A DNA stretch of 64,000 nucleotides, taken from an uncultured Gemmatimonadales bacterium (lineage in GTDB: Bacteria > Gemmatimonadota > Gemmatimonadetes > Gemmatimonadales > GWC2-71-9). The translations under genes were made by a program, and so were the position numbers. Under the pieces are notes generated by a model. The model was not told where the DNA came from, did not search any database, and saw only the letters and a list, made by a program, of their open reading frames with translations. The stretch lies in the NCBI GenBank assembly GCA_963795085.1, contig CAWCFX010000001.1, forward strand, positions 668,674 through 732,673, given 5' to 3'. This document shows, one piece after another, positions 18,227 to 27,950 of this stretch. Numbering within the stretch: position 1 is the first letter of the stretch; every line of letters starts with the position of its first letter.

Positions 18227-19739
18227 GAAGTGCAAAAGTGAGAAGGCGCCGTCAACCCATAGCGATCAGGGCAGGAGGCCGGTGAGAACTTCGATTGGGA
18301 GAGCTTCCCTCATCGTGGCGGGGCTGGCGGGCTGGGCGGGGACGCTTGCGGCCCAGCGTGCCGTCACCCTGCCGGAGGCCATTGCGCTGGCCCAGCAGCA
18401 GGGACTCCAGGCCCGGGCGGCCAATGCCTCGCTGGCGGCGGCCCGGCACAACGATGCGGCGTTCAACGCCCGGCTGCTGCCCCAGCTCTCGCTGAGCGGA
18501 AACCTGCCCCGCTACAACCGGTCCATCATCCCGGTCATCCAGCCGGATGGCAGCACCCAGTTCCGGGCCCTGACCCAGACCACGACCGACCTGGCGCTTA
18601 CCATGTCGCAGCAGATCCCCGGCACCGGGGGCACCCTGTTCGTGTCCTCGTCGCTGGAGCGGTTCACGGTCACCGGGCAGCAGGACGTGCGGACCTGGTC
18701 TTCCACGCCGGTGCAGATCGGCGTCCGGCAGGACATCCTGCGCCCCAACACCGCGCGCTGGAACCAGCGCCAGCAGGCTGTCCAGGGCGAACTGGCCGAG
18801 CGGCTCTACCTGGAGAGCATGGAGGAGATCGCGCTGCAGGCCACCCAGGCCTTTTTTGATGTGTATGCCGCCCGCACCGGCCTGGCCAATGCCGTGACCA
18901 ACGCGGCCGTCAACGACACCCTGTTCACGCTCAACAAGGGGCGCTACGAGGTGGGGAGAATCGGGGAGAACGATCTCCTCCAGAGCGAGCTGGCCCTGCT
19001 TCGCGCCCGGGCGGCGGTGCAATCGGCCCGGCTGGAATACGACCGGGCCACGGCGGCGCTCCGGCTGATCCTGAACCTCCCCCCCGGCACTGACCTCCAG
19101 GTGGTGGTGTCGCCCGAGGTCCCGGAGGTCGCGGCCGATACCGCGAAGGCGGTCGCCGAGGCGATGCTGAATCGCGCGGCGGTCAGCGACGTGGCGCTGC
19201 AGGATGTGCAGGCCAGGCGCCGGGTGGCCGATGCCCGCCTGGCGCAGGGAATCGGAGCGACGGTGCAGGCGAGCTTCGGCCTCAACGCCTCGGCGCCGGA
19301 GGCGAGCCTCGCCTACCAGAACCTGCTCCAGTCGCGGGCCTTTTCGCTCTCGGTCGAGATGCCGCTGTGGCAGTGGGGCGCCCGGTCGCAGTCCGTGCAG
19401 GCCGCGCGGTCCGACCAGGAACGGGTCGAGAGCAACGCCGAGGCCACCCTCCGGCAGACCGCGCACGAGGCGCACTTTGCGGTCCTGGAGCTGGAGCAGG
19501 CCAAGATCAACCTGCTGATCACCGCCAAGGCCGACACGGTCGCCGGCAAGCGATTCGAAGTGGCCTATAACCGCTACGTGATCGGCCGCATCCAGATCGA
19601 TAACCTCTACCTGGCGCAGTCCGAGAAGGACCAGGCCCTGCTGCAGTACGTGCAGGCGCTGCGCGGATACTGGCTCGCCTATTACCGGCTGCGCCGCGCC
19701 ACGCTGTTCGACTTCGCCGCGGGCCAGCGGATTCACTGA
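18219..19739 (+). CDS. TolC-family outer membrane efflux protein
   Basis: 506-aa ORF. Typical TolC repeats appear (LTLPEAIALAQQQGLQARAANASLAAARHN...; paired coiled-coil and beta segments). An alternative GTG start at 18282 follows AGGAGG and gives VRTSIGRASLIVAGLAGWAGTLAAQ. Confidence 0.8.
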   Translation: MSEKCKSEKAPSTHSDQGRRPVRTSIGRASLIVAGLAGWAGTLAAQRAVTLPEAIALAQQQGLQARAANASLAAARHNDAAFNARLLPQLSLSGNLPRYNRSIIPVIQPDGSTQFRALTQTTTDLALTMSQQIPGTGGTLFVSSSLERFTVTGQQDVRTWSSTPVQIGVRQDILRPNTARWNQRQQAVQGELAERLYLESMEEIALQATQAFFDVYAARTGLANAVTNAAVNDTLFTLNKGRYEVGRIGENDLLQSELALLRARAAVQSARLEYDRATAALRLILNLPPGTDLQVVVSPEVPEVAADTAKAVAEAMLNRAAVSDVALQDVQARRRVADARLAQGIGATVQASFGLNASAPEASLAYQNLLQSRAFSLSVEMPLWQWGARSQSVQAARSDQERVESNAEATLRQTAHEAHFAVLELEQAKINLLITAKADTVAGKRFEVAYNRYVIGRIQIDNLYLAQSEKDQALLQYVQALRGYWLAYYRLRRATLFDFAAGQRIH

Positions 19740-19802
19740 ACGGCAAGAGGCCAGAGGCCCAGGGACAGGTGGTGAACGGTTCCCGCCGTTCTATATTCGG
19801 GG

Positions 19803-21404
19803 GTGACCACCGCCATCCCGTCCGACCTTAGCAGCGCGCTCGCCGACCGCTATGCCCTGAGCCGGGTGCTGGGCCGGGGGGGGATGGCGACCGTTTACCT
19901 CGCGCGCGACCTGAAACACCACCGCGAGGTCGCCATCAAGGTGTTGTTGCCCATGCTGGCCGCCCAGCTCGGGGTCGAGCGGTTCCTGCAGGAAATCGAG
20001 ATCGTCGCCCGGCTGACCCATCCCCATATCCTTCCGCTCCACGATTCCGGCGAGGCCCGGGTCCGCGATGGCCTCGATGGCGAGGCCTCCTTCCTCTACT
20101 ACGTGATGCCCTTCGTGCAGGGCGGATCGCTGCGCGACCGGATGGCGGAGCGGCGGCCCATGGTCCTCCCTGATGTCCTGACGGTTCTCCGGCCGGTGGT
20201 GGATGCCCTGGGTTACGCGCATCGCATCGGCGTCCTGCACCGGGACATCAAGCCCGAGAACATTCTTTTTTCGCAGGGCCACCCGATCGTCGGAGATTTC
20301 GGGATCGCCCGCGCCGTCACCACAGCGGGCGGGACCAACCTGACCCGCACCGGTTTTCCCATCGGGACCCCCGGATACATGAGCCCGGAACAGGCCGCCG
20401 GGCTCACCGATCTCGACCAGACCACCGATGTCTATAGCCTGGCCGTGGTGACCTACGAACTGCTCACCGGTGAACTGCCGGGGCGCTGGCCCACCGAGGA
20501 AGCAGTGCGCCGGGGCCGTTTCGAGGGGCTCTCTCCGCGCGCCCGCGCGGCCCTCACCGGGGCCGGCCCCGCCGCCGAAGAGGCGCTGGTCCGCGGGCTC
20601 TCGGTCCGCCAGGACCAGCGCACGGGCACCCCCGCTGCACTGATCGAGGAACTGGCCGGGGCATCGACACGACGCCCCCGCTACAGTCCCGGCCAGGTGC
20701 AGGAGATCGTCGGGCGGGCCGCACAGTTGGAAGCCACCGTCCCTACCCTCGGCGGGGAGATGACACTCGGCGGGGTGGAAGCCCTGGGTGCCGAAGTCGG
20801 CATCGCCCCGGACCGGATCCGGGAAGCCGCCCTGGCCGTGCGCCGGCCCGGCGATGGGTCCGCCCTCGCCACCAGCGCGTCCGAGGCCAACAACCGGTGG
20901 CTCAACGGGCCCACCCGCATCGCCCTGGAACGAGTGGTGGATGGAGAGCTGCCGGAGGCGGAGTATGCCAGCCTGGTGGACGAGATCCGCTATCTGCTCA
21001 AGAACGGGGGCCAGGTGAGCCAGCTGGGCCGGTCTTTTGCCTGGTCGCCCTCCCGAAGCGAGTATCTCAGGCGCGACCTCGAGGTCGTGGTGACGGTGCG
21101 GGGCGGCAAGACCCGGATTACCGTGATGGAAAACCTGAAGGCGCTGGCGGGGTCGATCTACGGGGGAATCGGCGGCGGGTTGGGCGGCGGCGGGATGGGG
21201 CCGATTCTCGGCGTCACCATCGGCGCGCTGAGCATGAACCCGGTTTTTCTGATCGGTCTGATCCCGGCCTGGTTGGGCGGCGTCTATGCGACCGCTCGCA
21301 CGGTGTACGGACGACAGTCCCGGAAGCGGGCGGTCGAGCTTGAGGAACTGGCGGACCGGCTGGCCCAGGTGGCCGGAGACCTGATGGGTCCCCGGACGCG
21401 GTAG
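19803..21404 (+). CDS. serine/threonine protein kinase with C-terminal unknown domain and glycine-zipper membrane segment
   Basis: GRGGMATVYLARD...AIKVL (ATP site), HRDIKPENILF, DFGIAR, GTPGYMSPEQ. The C-terminus is GSIYGGIGGGLGGGGMGPILGVTIGAL followed by a TM helix. The start codon is GTG. Confidence 0.85.
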   Translation: MTTAIPSDLSSALADRYALSRVLGRGGMATVYLARDLKHHREVAIKVLLPMLAAQLGVERFLQEIEIVARLTHPHILPLHDSGEARVRDGLDGEASFLYYVMPFVQGGSLRDRMAERRPMVLPDVLTVLRPVVDALGYAHRIGVLHRDIKPENILFSQGHPIVGDFGIARAVTTAGGTNLTRTGFPIGTPGYMSPEQAAGLTDLDQTTDVYSLAVVTYELLTGELPGRWPTEEAVRRGRFEGLSPRARAALTGAGPAAEEALVRGLSVRQDQRTGTPAALIEELAGASTRRPRYSPGQVQEIVGRAAQLEATVPTLGGEMTLGGVEALGAEVGIAPDRIREAALAVRRPGDGSALATSASEANNRWLNGPTRIALERVVDGELPEAEYASLVDEIRYLLKNGGQVSQLGRSFAWSPSRSEYLRRDLEVVVTVRGGKTRITVMENLKALAGSIYGGIGGGLGGGGMGPILGVTIGALSMNPVFLIGLIPAWLGGVYATARTVYGRQSRKRAVELEELADRLAQVAGDLMGPRTR

Positions 21405-21496
21405 TCCCATCCCTCCTGCCCGGGCACAACCCCAGCGGGCTTGGGGACGTCTACCACGAGTCGGGATTTCAGGTCACCGTCTCCTGGAGCCGGGTC

Positions 21497-22519
21497 ATGC
21501 CAGGGATTCTTCCGCTTCTCCTCCCGCTCGCCTTCGGGGCTGCAGCGTTCCAGGCCCCGGTCGTGCGCCCGGTTGTCTCGATTGGATGCGGCGACTGCGG
21601 TGGCGCCGCCCAGTTTACCGCCGTGGCCGATGTGGCCGTGAGCCCCAACGGCACCGTCTGGGTGGCCGATCGAGAGGACCCCCAGGTCCGGATATTCTCT
21701 CCGGACGGCCGGCACGTCCGCGGTTTCGGTCGGCGAGGCAGGGGGCCGGGAGAATATTCCGGAATCGCGAAGATGTTTGTTGGCGGGGATGGAACGGCCG
21801 CCATCGTCGACATGGGGTCCTTCCAGCTGACCCGGGTGGACAGCACCGGCCGGCTGCTCTCCACCACGCCGCTCCACGCATTCCCCCTCGATGCCGGCGC
21901 GGCGCCGGGCTCCCTTGCGATCCATCTCCTGTTCAGCCGCTTCCAGCCGGGGACGAGCCTGGTGCGGCTGGCCGCGCCGGGAAGCGACAGCTTGCGCCCC
22001 GTCGCGATCCACCTCGGCACCTTTCCGCGGCCCCAAGCGCCGGCGGAGATTCACAGCCTGGCCATCGGGCCCGATGGCTCCGTCGCCGTGGGCGATGGCG
22101 GAACCGAGTACCGGATCCGCGTCTACCGGCGGTCAGGTACCCACGACATCGTGCGCGATATCCCCCTGAGCCGGCGGACTCCCCGGGAACAGGCTGCGCT
22201 GCTGGCCGGTATGCGGGGCGCCGCGCAACTGGGGCGGATGGAAGGCGGCACCGCTCATCCCGCGCCGCCGCCGCTGGAGAAGCCACACTTCGACTGGCGA
22301 GGGCTGCGCTACGATCCGCGGGGGAGACTCTGGGTGAAAACCGGGCGGGGCACCGACACACGAACGATACTCGACGTCTTTGCCCCGTCGGGAGATTTTC
22401 TGGGGGAAGTCCCCGTTCCCGGGAAGGTGACCGGGTTTGCCTTCGGGGGGAACTACCTGGTCACCGCGGCGGAGGATGCACAGGGGACGCCGCGGGTGAC
22501 GCTGTGGCGGGTGAAGTAG
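21497..22519 (+). CDS. secreted beta-propeller protein (6-bladed / NHL-like), function unknown
   Basis: Signal peptide MPGILPLLLPLAFGAAAF. Repeated blades of the type VAVSPNGTVWVADRE..VRIFSPDG and IGPDGSVAVGDGG..IRVY. Confidence 0.6.
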   Translation: MPGILPLLLPLAFGAAAFQAPVVRPVVSIGCGDCGGAAQFTAVADVAVSPNGTVWVADREDPQVRIFSPDGRHVRGFGRRGRGPGEYSGIAKMFVGGDGTAAIVDMGSFQLTRVDSTGRLLSTTPLHAFPLDAGAAPGSLAIHLLFSRFQPGTSLVRLAAPGSDSLRPVAIHLGTFPRPQAPAEIHSLAIGPDGSVAVGDGGTEYRIRVYRRSGTHDIVRDIPLSRRTPREQAALLAGMRGAAQLGRMEGGTAHPAPPPLEKPHFDWRGLRYDPRGRLWVKTGRGTDTRTILDVFAPSGDFLGEVPVPGKVTGFAFGGNYLVTAAEDAQGTPRVTLWRVK

Positions 22520-23627
22520 GGCCTGGCTGGAGCGGATATCGATCGTCCATCGGGAACCCGCTCCCTTCCATTTCCTTTCTCACCCAGGCACCCACCCGCT
22601 GCCGCACGTCGGCCGGCACATCGAGGTGCCGGTCGGCGCTGCCCCGCACGAACAGCTCGGCGTTGGTCTGGAGCAAGTGGGGGGGATGCATCTCGAAGGC
22701 CTCCTGGTGCTCCTGCATGTAGGCAAAACTGCATTTCCGGACCACGTCGGCGACCTCCGCCTCGCTGAGCGGGGCCACGCCGAGGAACCCGGCGACCTGG
22801 CGCACCGTGGCGGCGAGGTCGCGCTTCATGTCTTCGAAGAAGACGAAGAGCACGTTGCGTCCCTCGCGGGACCGGTTCCACCATCCCTTCACATGGTTGG
22901 GCCAGCTGCCCCACCACATCATGTCGTGCCGGCAGTACCACTCCTCGAAGAGCGGGAGGGGCGGCGCCATCGCGCCGGCGTTGGTGTTCACGAAATCGAT
23001 GCAGCTGGCGAAGCAGGACACCGGGTGCCGAGCGACATAGATGTACTTCGCCGCCCCGCTCCAGGGACACAGGTCGGCGGGCAGGTGGGTCTTGATGATC
23101 CGCGCGGGACGTTCCGTCCCGATGATGGGGGACTGCTCGACCGGGACGCTCTTGATGGCCTCGATCCAGGGAGAGACGGCGTACATCGCGGTGCCCGATT
23201 CCACCAGGTTGCCGCGTCCGCGGAGCAGCACCTCGTACACCACGTGCTGCATCCAGGTGGTTCCGCACTTCATCTGGGTCACCACGAAGACATCCTCGGC
23301 GCGGGCCTGGTAGGTGTCCGCCCGGGCGAAGCTGGCCGGGCTGCAGCTCCCCATCGGGGCGGCGACACCCCGGTGGATAAAACTGGCCCGGGAGAAGGTG
23401 AACTTCGACAGCCGGGCCGACAGCCAGAGAACCGGGGCCAGCAGCACCGCGTGGAGCTTGAGCCGTCGCTTGAAGGCGGCCCGTCCCCCGGGCGGCAGAC
23501 CGTAGTAGGCCAGCCCCACCGACTGCTCGTGTTCCCACTTCAGCACCGTCGAGAGATAGACGAACTGCACGATAAGGAGCGCGAACGCCGCCCCCAGAAT
23601 GGTGCCGATCCAGCCCAGAATTCCCAT
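22461..23627 (-). CDS. membrane-anchored sulfotransferase (Sulfotransfer_1-like)
   Basis: N-terminal TM helix. TQMKCGTTWMQHVV resembles the 5'-PSB PAPS loop (PKSGTTW). It also has VIKTHLP and RNVLFVFFEDMKRD. The 3' end overlaps the convergent propeller gene by 59 nt. Confidence 0.7.
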   Translation of the reverse strand: MGILGWIGTILGAAFALLIVQFVYLSTVLKWEHEQSVGLAYYGLPPGGRAAFKRRLKLHAVLLAPVLWLSARLSKFTFSRASFIHRGVAAPMGSCSPASFARADTYQARAEDVFVVTQMKCGTTWMQHVVYEVLLRGRGNLVESGTAMYAVSPWIEAIKSVPVEQSPIIGTERPARIIKTHLPADLCPWSGAAKYIYVARHPVSCFASCIDFVNTNAGAMAPPLPLFEEWYCRHDMMWWGSWPNHVKGWWNRSREGRNVLFVFFEDMKRDLAATVRQVAGFLGVAPLSEAEVADVVRKCSFAYMQEHQEAFEMHPPHLLQTNAELFVRGSADRHLDVPADVRQRVGAWVRKEMEGSGFPMDDRYPLQPGPTSPATASPAASPVHPPPR

Positions 23628-23693
23628 GCCTGGCCTCGTCCTGATACGATGGGTAGGTGAGCGCGATCCGGTCCCGCGACCGCCGCCGGAATG

Positions 23694-24920
23694 TTAACGC
23701 GAAGCTGGCGGTGGATCGAGTTGGGGGCGCTCGAAGCTGGCCGGCATTTCCGCGTGGGTCGGCTCGAAGCCCGGGGGTGGGTCGAGGTGGGGCGTTTCAA
23801 AGTTGGGTGGTGGCACCTTGAGGACGAACCCGGGGAACAGGGTATTGAGAATGGTGTAGATAATGACCCCCCCCAGCAGGTACTCTGGCACGATAAAGCG
23901 TTCCCGGAGCAGCTCGGTGCAGACCAGCGAGAACACCAGCGTCGGGAGCAGGGCGACCCCGATCTTGGCGCCCTCCTGGGGGCGCTCTTTCAGTACGATG
24001 CGCCGGTGCAGGGCGACCTCGCCCAGCCGGAGGGAAATGAACACCACCGTGATCGCGAGGCCGGAGAGGATTGCCCAGCCATCCAGCCCCGCCAGCCGGA
24101 TCTGCTGGCCGGCCTTGAAGAAATAGAACGGGATGAAGACCGAGGCGAACGCCTCCACCGCGCCCAGCATACGGTCGGAGGACATGGCGGGGAGCAGGTC
24201 GCGGAACTGGCGGGCCGCCACGCCGGCGACGAAGGCGCCGACCAGGTAGTACACGCCCAGGTGCCGGGTGACATAGGCGCTGATCATCGCCACCAGGATG
24301 AGAAAGGCGAACTCCGACCGGGGCGCGTAGGGCGAAATGGCCGCGGCGAACCAGCGGAACATCGGCGGCAGCAGCACCATGAGCAGCACCAGCGCCAGCA
24401 GGCTCAGGCCGAGTTCCTGGAATGACCCCGAGCGCAGGGCAATGAACATGACGCCCAGCGCGAACAACTCGGAGCTGATGGCCTTGGCCTTGGTCCAGCG
24501 TTTTTCTCCCGGGCTCAGGCCGAACCGGTCCAGCGAGTCGAGGATGAATCCGGTCGAGGGCGTCACGATCGCCAGGGCGAGCAGGATCGCCGCACGGGGC
24601 GAAATAGCGAAGAACCAGACGCCCGCGCCGGTCGTCAGTGCCAGGGTAATGGCCCAGATGATCAGGTGCTGGCCCAGCACCTTGGCGTCCGGCCGCAGGT
24701 CCTCGAGGTCCACCTCCAGTCCCGCGAACAGGAACAGTGTGACGATGCCCAGGGTGGAGAGCAGGGCCAGCGTATCGTCATGCTGGAACAGGACCAGCGC
24801 GGTGGCGCCGATCCCCAGCAGCAGGCTGGTGATCGCCGCCGGCAGCCGGTACCGCTGCATGAACCGGGGTACCACGAACAGGACGAAGAAGAGAACCAGG
24901 TAGGAAATGTCGTTAGGCAT
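23694..24920 (-). CDS. cation:proton antiporter (Na+/H+ exchanger family)
   Basis: 408 aa and polytopic. The N-terminus YLVLFFVLFVVPRFMQRYRLPAAITSLLLGIG is typical of CPA-type exchangers. Confidence 0.75.
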   Translation of the reverse strand: MPNDISYLVLFFVLFVVPRFMQRYRLPAAITSLLLGIGATALVLFQHDDTLALLSTLGIVTLFLFAGLEVDLEDLRPDAKVLGQHLIIWAITLALTTGAGVWFFAISPRAAILLALAIVTPSTGFILDSLDRFGLSPGEKRWTKAKAISSELFALGVMFIALRSGSFQELGLSLLALVLLMVLLPPMFRWFAAAISPYAPRSEFAFLILVAMISAYVTRHLGVYYLVGAFVAGVAARQFRDLLPAMSSDRMLGAVEAFASVFIPFYFFKAGQQIRLAGLDGWAILSGLAITVVFISLRLGEVALHRRIVLKERPQEGAKIGVALLPTLVFSLVCTELLRERFIVPEYLLGGVIIYTILNTLFPGFVLKVPPPNFETPHLDPPPGFEPTHAEMPASFERPQLDPPPASR

Positions 24921-24959
24921 GGAGGGATTCTAGTCCATGCCCGCAGGGAAGGCCATTGC

Positions 24960-27092
24960 TCAGCGGGTAGTTCGGACCCTGACCGACGCAACGGCGTCTC
25001 CCGGCAGAATGCGCTCCACCCCCTCCATGCCCCCGATGACCTGCCCGACGACGGTGTACTCGTGGTCGAGTTGCGGGTTGTCCACCAGGTTGATGAACAG
25101 CTGCGCATCCCCGGTGTCGCGGCCCCGGGTGCTGATCCCCAGGGTGCCCCGGGCATGGGTGCGGAACCCCAGTTCGTCCCGCATGAAGCGGTCATCGCCG
25201 ATGTATTCCGAGGCCCCGGGCCCGCCGCCCTGGATCACGAAATTGGGTTCCACCCGCTGCCACAGCTTGCCGTCATACCAGCCTTCGCGGGCCCGCCGGA
25301 CCAGCCGCGCGATGGCCGCCGGTGCTTCCCGGCTGAACAGCCGCACGAGGAAGGAGCCGCCGCCGCTCTCCGCCGCCATGGTCACTTCGAGTTCGAGGCT
25401 GTCGCCGAGAAAGATGTCGGCCAGCGGCTCCGGTTCGATCGCCAGGGGGACCGGCGCCGCCTCGGCCGGCGCGCCCGTCCACCGGGCCAGCATGGCGGCC
25501 GCGGTGTCCGCGACCGTGGTGTCGAAGTCGCTGAGGTAGGGCTGGAGCCGCGCCGCCACCGCCGGGGTGCCCATCTCGCCGATCCGGGAGAGCAGCGCGA
25601 GCCGGGGATCCCGGGCGTTTTCGCTGCGCCGGCGGCTGACCCGGTCGAACGCGTTGAGTAATGCTTCCACCGCGCGCGGATGCTCCGAACCCGCCAGCGC
25701 CTCCGCCGCCGCGAGCAGGACCTGGTTCCCGTCCGACGAGAGCGCCGCGAGAAAGGTGGTGTCCGCCGCACGCTTCTCCGTGGCGGCCAGGCCGGCGATA
25801 GCCGCTTCGCGGACGTTATCGTCAGCGTCCCGGGCCAGCCGGTAAAGGACGCCGGGGGCGCTCACCAGGGCGGCTGCGCGGGCGGCGAACTCGCGGTTCT
25901 GCCATTGGCGAGCGCCGGCAAATCGCGCCAGCAACGGGGTGGCCCGGGCGGAGTCGATCCGGGCCAGGGATACCAGCGCAAACGCGCTGGCCTGCCAGTC
26001 GCGGCTCGAGGTATCGGTTTCGTCCGCGCGAAAACCCGCGACGGTGGCCAGGACAGATGCCGCGGCCTCGCGGTCCGCGCAGGGCTGTCCCAGGGCGGTT
26101 ATCGCGACGAGGATAACATAGGGATGCGGATCTTCCAGCGCGGAAACCAGTGGGGCGCAGTCCGGCGCGGGCGCTCCCGCTCCGGTTCCCGCCCGGGCCG
26201 CGGCGACCGCCGCGATCCGTACCATGAAGCTGGAATCGGCGAACGCCCTGCGCACCAGCGCCGTCCGGGCGGCCGGCGGGAGCCCGGCCGCGCCGGCCAT
26301 TGCCAGCCGGCGAACCTGCGGGTCGGGATCCCGGCTGGCCGCCCGCGTGGTGGCGGAGTCGAGCGCGCCCGCCCGGGCAAGGGTCACCACCGCAAGTCGC
26401 CGATGCAGGGTGTCCTTCGAAGACCGTGCCGCCTCACGCAGGAGTCCGAGCGCCGGCGCCGGGAGATTGCCGAGGACCCGACGTCCCGAGGCCAGCCAGA
26501 AGAGCCCGTGAGTCATCCCGTAATCCAGCGTGCCGTTCGCCCGGGCCACGATCGCCTGGGTCGCCCAGCGGGCCTGCGCGCTGTCCCTGAGTTGGAGACG
26601 CCCGATCGCCTCGGCGATGACCCCGGCAACGCTGTCGTCCGATTCCCGGGCGATGGCCTCGGTGAGCACCCGGAGGGCGACCGGGACATCCAGGTGGGAG
26701 GGATCCCCGGCCGCCTGACCGCGCGGCTGGTCGCGCAGAGTCTGCGCCAGCGCGATGGCCGCCTCGGCGCGGATCGCCGGGAGCGGGTCCACCAGGAGGG
26801 GGAACAGCGCGCTCCCCAGGTCGGGCCGCTGCAGCCGGCCGACCGCGCGCGCCGCCACCCGGCGGATCAGGGTATCCCGGCTTTCCAGTCCTTCCATCAA
26901 CGGCGCAATGCGATCGCTGCCCTGTCCGCGGGCGTCTTCGGCAATCAGCAGCCGCTGCAACGTGGCGCGTTGGGCCGCCTGAGCGACCGCCCCGCCAGGC
27001 AGAGCGGCGACGAGGGCAAGTGCCAGGGCAAGAGAACGTTTCAAGGTCGCTCCGGGACGGGGGTGGTTGCGGAAATCCGGTCGTGTCTGCAT
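24960..27092 (-). CDS. HEAT-repeat protein fused to a C-terminal cyclophilin-type peptidyl-prolyl isomerase
   Basis: The start at 27092 gives MQTRPDF...LALALALVAALPGGAVAQA, a signal peptide. Multiple HEAT-like repeats (DP..VRR.A..AL) follow. The C-terminal WQRVEPNFVIQGGGP...GTLGISTRGRDTGDAQLFINL...HEYTVVGQVIGGMEGVERI is cyclophilin-like. The upstream 255 codons of ORF 24960..27857 look non-coding. Confidence 0.8.
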   Translation of the reverse strand: MQTRPDFRNHPRPGATLKRSLALALALVAALPGGAVAQAAQRATLQRLLIAEDARGQGSDRIAPLMEGLESRDTLIRRVAARAVGRLQRPDLGSALFPLLVDPLPAIRAEAAIALAQTLRDQPRGQAAGDPSHLDVPVALRVLTEAIARESDDSVAGVIAEAIGRLQLRDSAQARWATQAIVARANGTLDYGMTHGLFWLASGRRVLGNLPAPALGLLREAARSSKDTLHRRLAVVTLARAGALDSATTRAASRDPDPQVRRLAMAGAAGLPPAARTALVRRAFADSSFMVRIAAVAAARAGTGAGAPAPDCAPLVSALEDPHPYVILVAITALGQPCADREAAASVLATVAGFRADETDTSSRDWQASAFALVSLARIDSARATPLLARFAGARQWQNREFAARAAALVSAPGVLYRLARDADDNVREAAIAGLAATEKRAADTTFLAALSSDGNQVLLAAAEALAGSEHPRAVEALLNAFDRVSRRRSENARDPRLALLSRIGEMGTPAVAARLQPYLSDFDTTVADTAAAMLARWTGAPAEAAPVPLAIEPEPLADIFLGDSLELEVTMAAESGGGSFLVRLFSREAPAAIARLVRRAREGWYDGKLWQRVEPNFVIQGGGPGASEYIGDDRFMRDELGFRTHARGTLGISTRGRDTGDAQLFINLVDNPQLDHEYTVVGQVIGGMEGVERILPGDAVASVRVRTTR

Positions 27093-27263
27093 TGTAGTGG
27101 CCACAGGCGGGGTTCCACGCCTAACCTCTTCGGCTCTCCCCCAGCGGGAGCCCACGGGAGGCAAAGGGGGGCAGACCCTCGGATCGCAGGGCCAAACCTT
27201 TGGCGCCGCCGCCGGCGACGCTGCTGGGGAGCGTGCCGGAGGCCCGTCCAGAGGATCCTTCCG

Positions 27264-27944
27264 ATGACCACCAACAAAGACTATAAGCGTATCGTGCGCG
27301 CCCGCATGGTCCGAACCGGCGAGTCCTATACTGCCGCACGGGCGCACCTCCAGGCTCAAGCGGATCCCGCACGGGCCGCCCTTCCCCGGGTCGCGGACCA
27401 TGCCACCCTTGCCGGGATGAGTGACGCCGCCATCAAGGCCGGGACCGGCTGTGACTGGCGGAAGTGGGTCGAGGCCCTGGATTACAGGAAGGCCCACGAG
27501 TGGTCCCACCGCGAAATCGCCGCGTACGTCCGCGAGAAGTTCAGGCTCTCCAGCTGGTGGAGCCAGGGTGTCACCGTGGGTTACGAGCGCATCAAGGGGC
27601 TCCGGGCCATCGGCCAGCGCCGCGGCGGCGACTTCGATGCGAGCAAGAGCAAGACATTCAACGTCGCCCTGAGCCGCTTGTATAACGCGTTTGGCGACAA
27701 GCGGAACCGGAACAAGTGGCTCGGTCCCGTGGAGCTGACGGTGAAGACGGCCATCCGGGGCCGGTCCATGCGGATCACCTGGTCCGACGGCAAGCCGGTG
27801 GAGATGTCGTTCGTCGCCAAGGCGCCCGGCAAAAGCACGGTCACCGTCACCCACCACAGGTTGCCGGATCGCGCCGCGGTGGACCGGGTCCAGGCCGAGT
27901 GGGCGGCGAGGCTGGAAGCCCTCGGAGCACTGCTGTCGCGCTGA
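27264..27944 (+). CDS. conserved hypothetical protein (family not assigned with confidence)
   Basis: Only the last 226 codons of ORF 25680..27944 have protein-like composition (MTTNKDYKRIVRARMVRTGESYTAARAHL...WSHREIAAYVREKF...WWSQGVTVGYERIKGLR...). The upstream part is antisense to the PPIase gene. Confidence 0.55.
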   Translation: MTTNKDYKRIVRARMVRTGESYTAARAHLQAQADPARAALPRVADHATLAGMSDAAIKAGTGCDWRKWVEALDYRKAHEWSHREIAAYVREKFRLSSWWSQGVTVGYERIKGLRAIGQRRGGDFDASKSKTFNVALSRLYNAFGDKRNRNKWLGPVELTVKTAIRGRSMRITWSDGKPVEMSFVAKAPGKSTVTVTHHRLPDRAAVDRVQAEWAARLEALGALLSR

Positions 27945-27950
27945 AGGCGC

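Noticed and set aside
15413-18235. 940-aa ORF on the minus strand, plus similar long antisense ORFs: 7168..9465, 19791..21410, 35074..36570, 38369..39943, 41133..42896, 51124..52851, 60402..61865, 58871..59536 and others
   Set aside because: These are Arg/Gly/Pro/His-rich low-complexity translations with no recognisable motifs. Each lies exactly antisense to an ORF with clear family signatures. They are typical stop-codon-poor shadow ORFs of high-GC DNA.
18219-18281. The N-terminal 21 codons of the TolC-family ORF (MSEKCKSEKAPSTHSDQGRRP)
   Set aside because: I did not reject this region outright, but I doubt it. It is lower in GC, repeat-like (AGTGAGAAGTGCAAAAGTGAGAAG) and precedes an AGGAGG-GTG start at 18282 that gives a normal signal peptide. 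I kept the longest ORF coordinates in the feature table and flagged the alternative.
19770-19790. Hairpin GAACGG-ttcccg-CCGTTC after the TolC gene as a terminator
   Set aside because: The stem is only 6 bp with a weak T-tract (tatatt). It is not convincing enough to list.
25680-27263. The upstream two-thirds of the 754-aa ORF 25680..27944 (+), and the upstream 255 codons of ORF 24960..27857 (-)
   Set aside because: Both extensions run antisense through the neighbouring real gene and have shadow-ORF composition. Sensible starts with signal peptide or protein-like sequence occur at 27264 (+) and 27092 (-).
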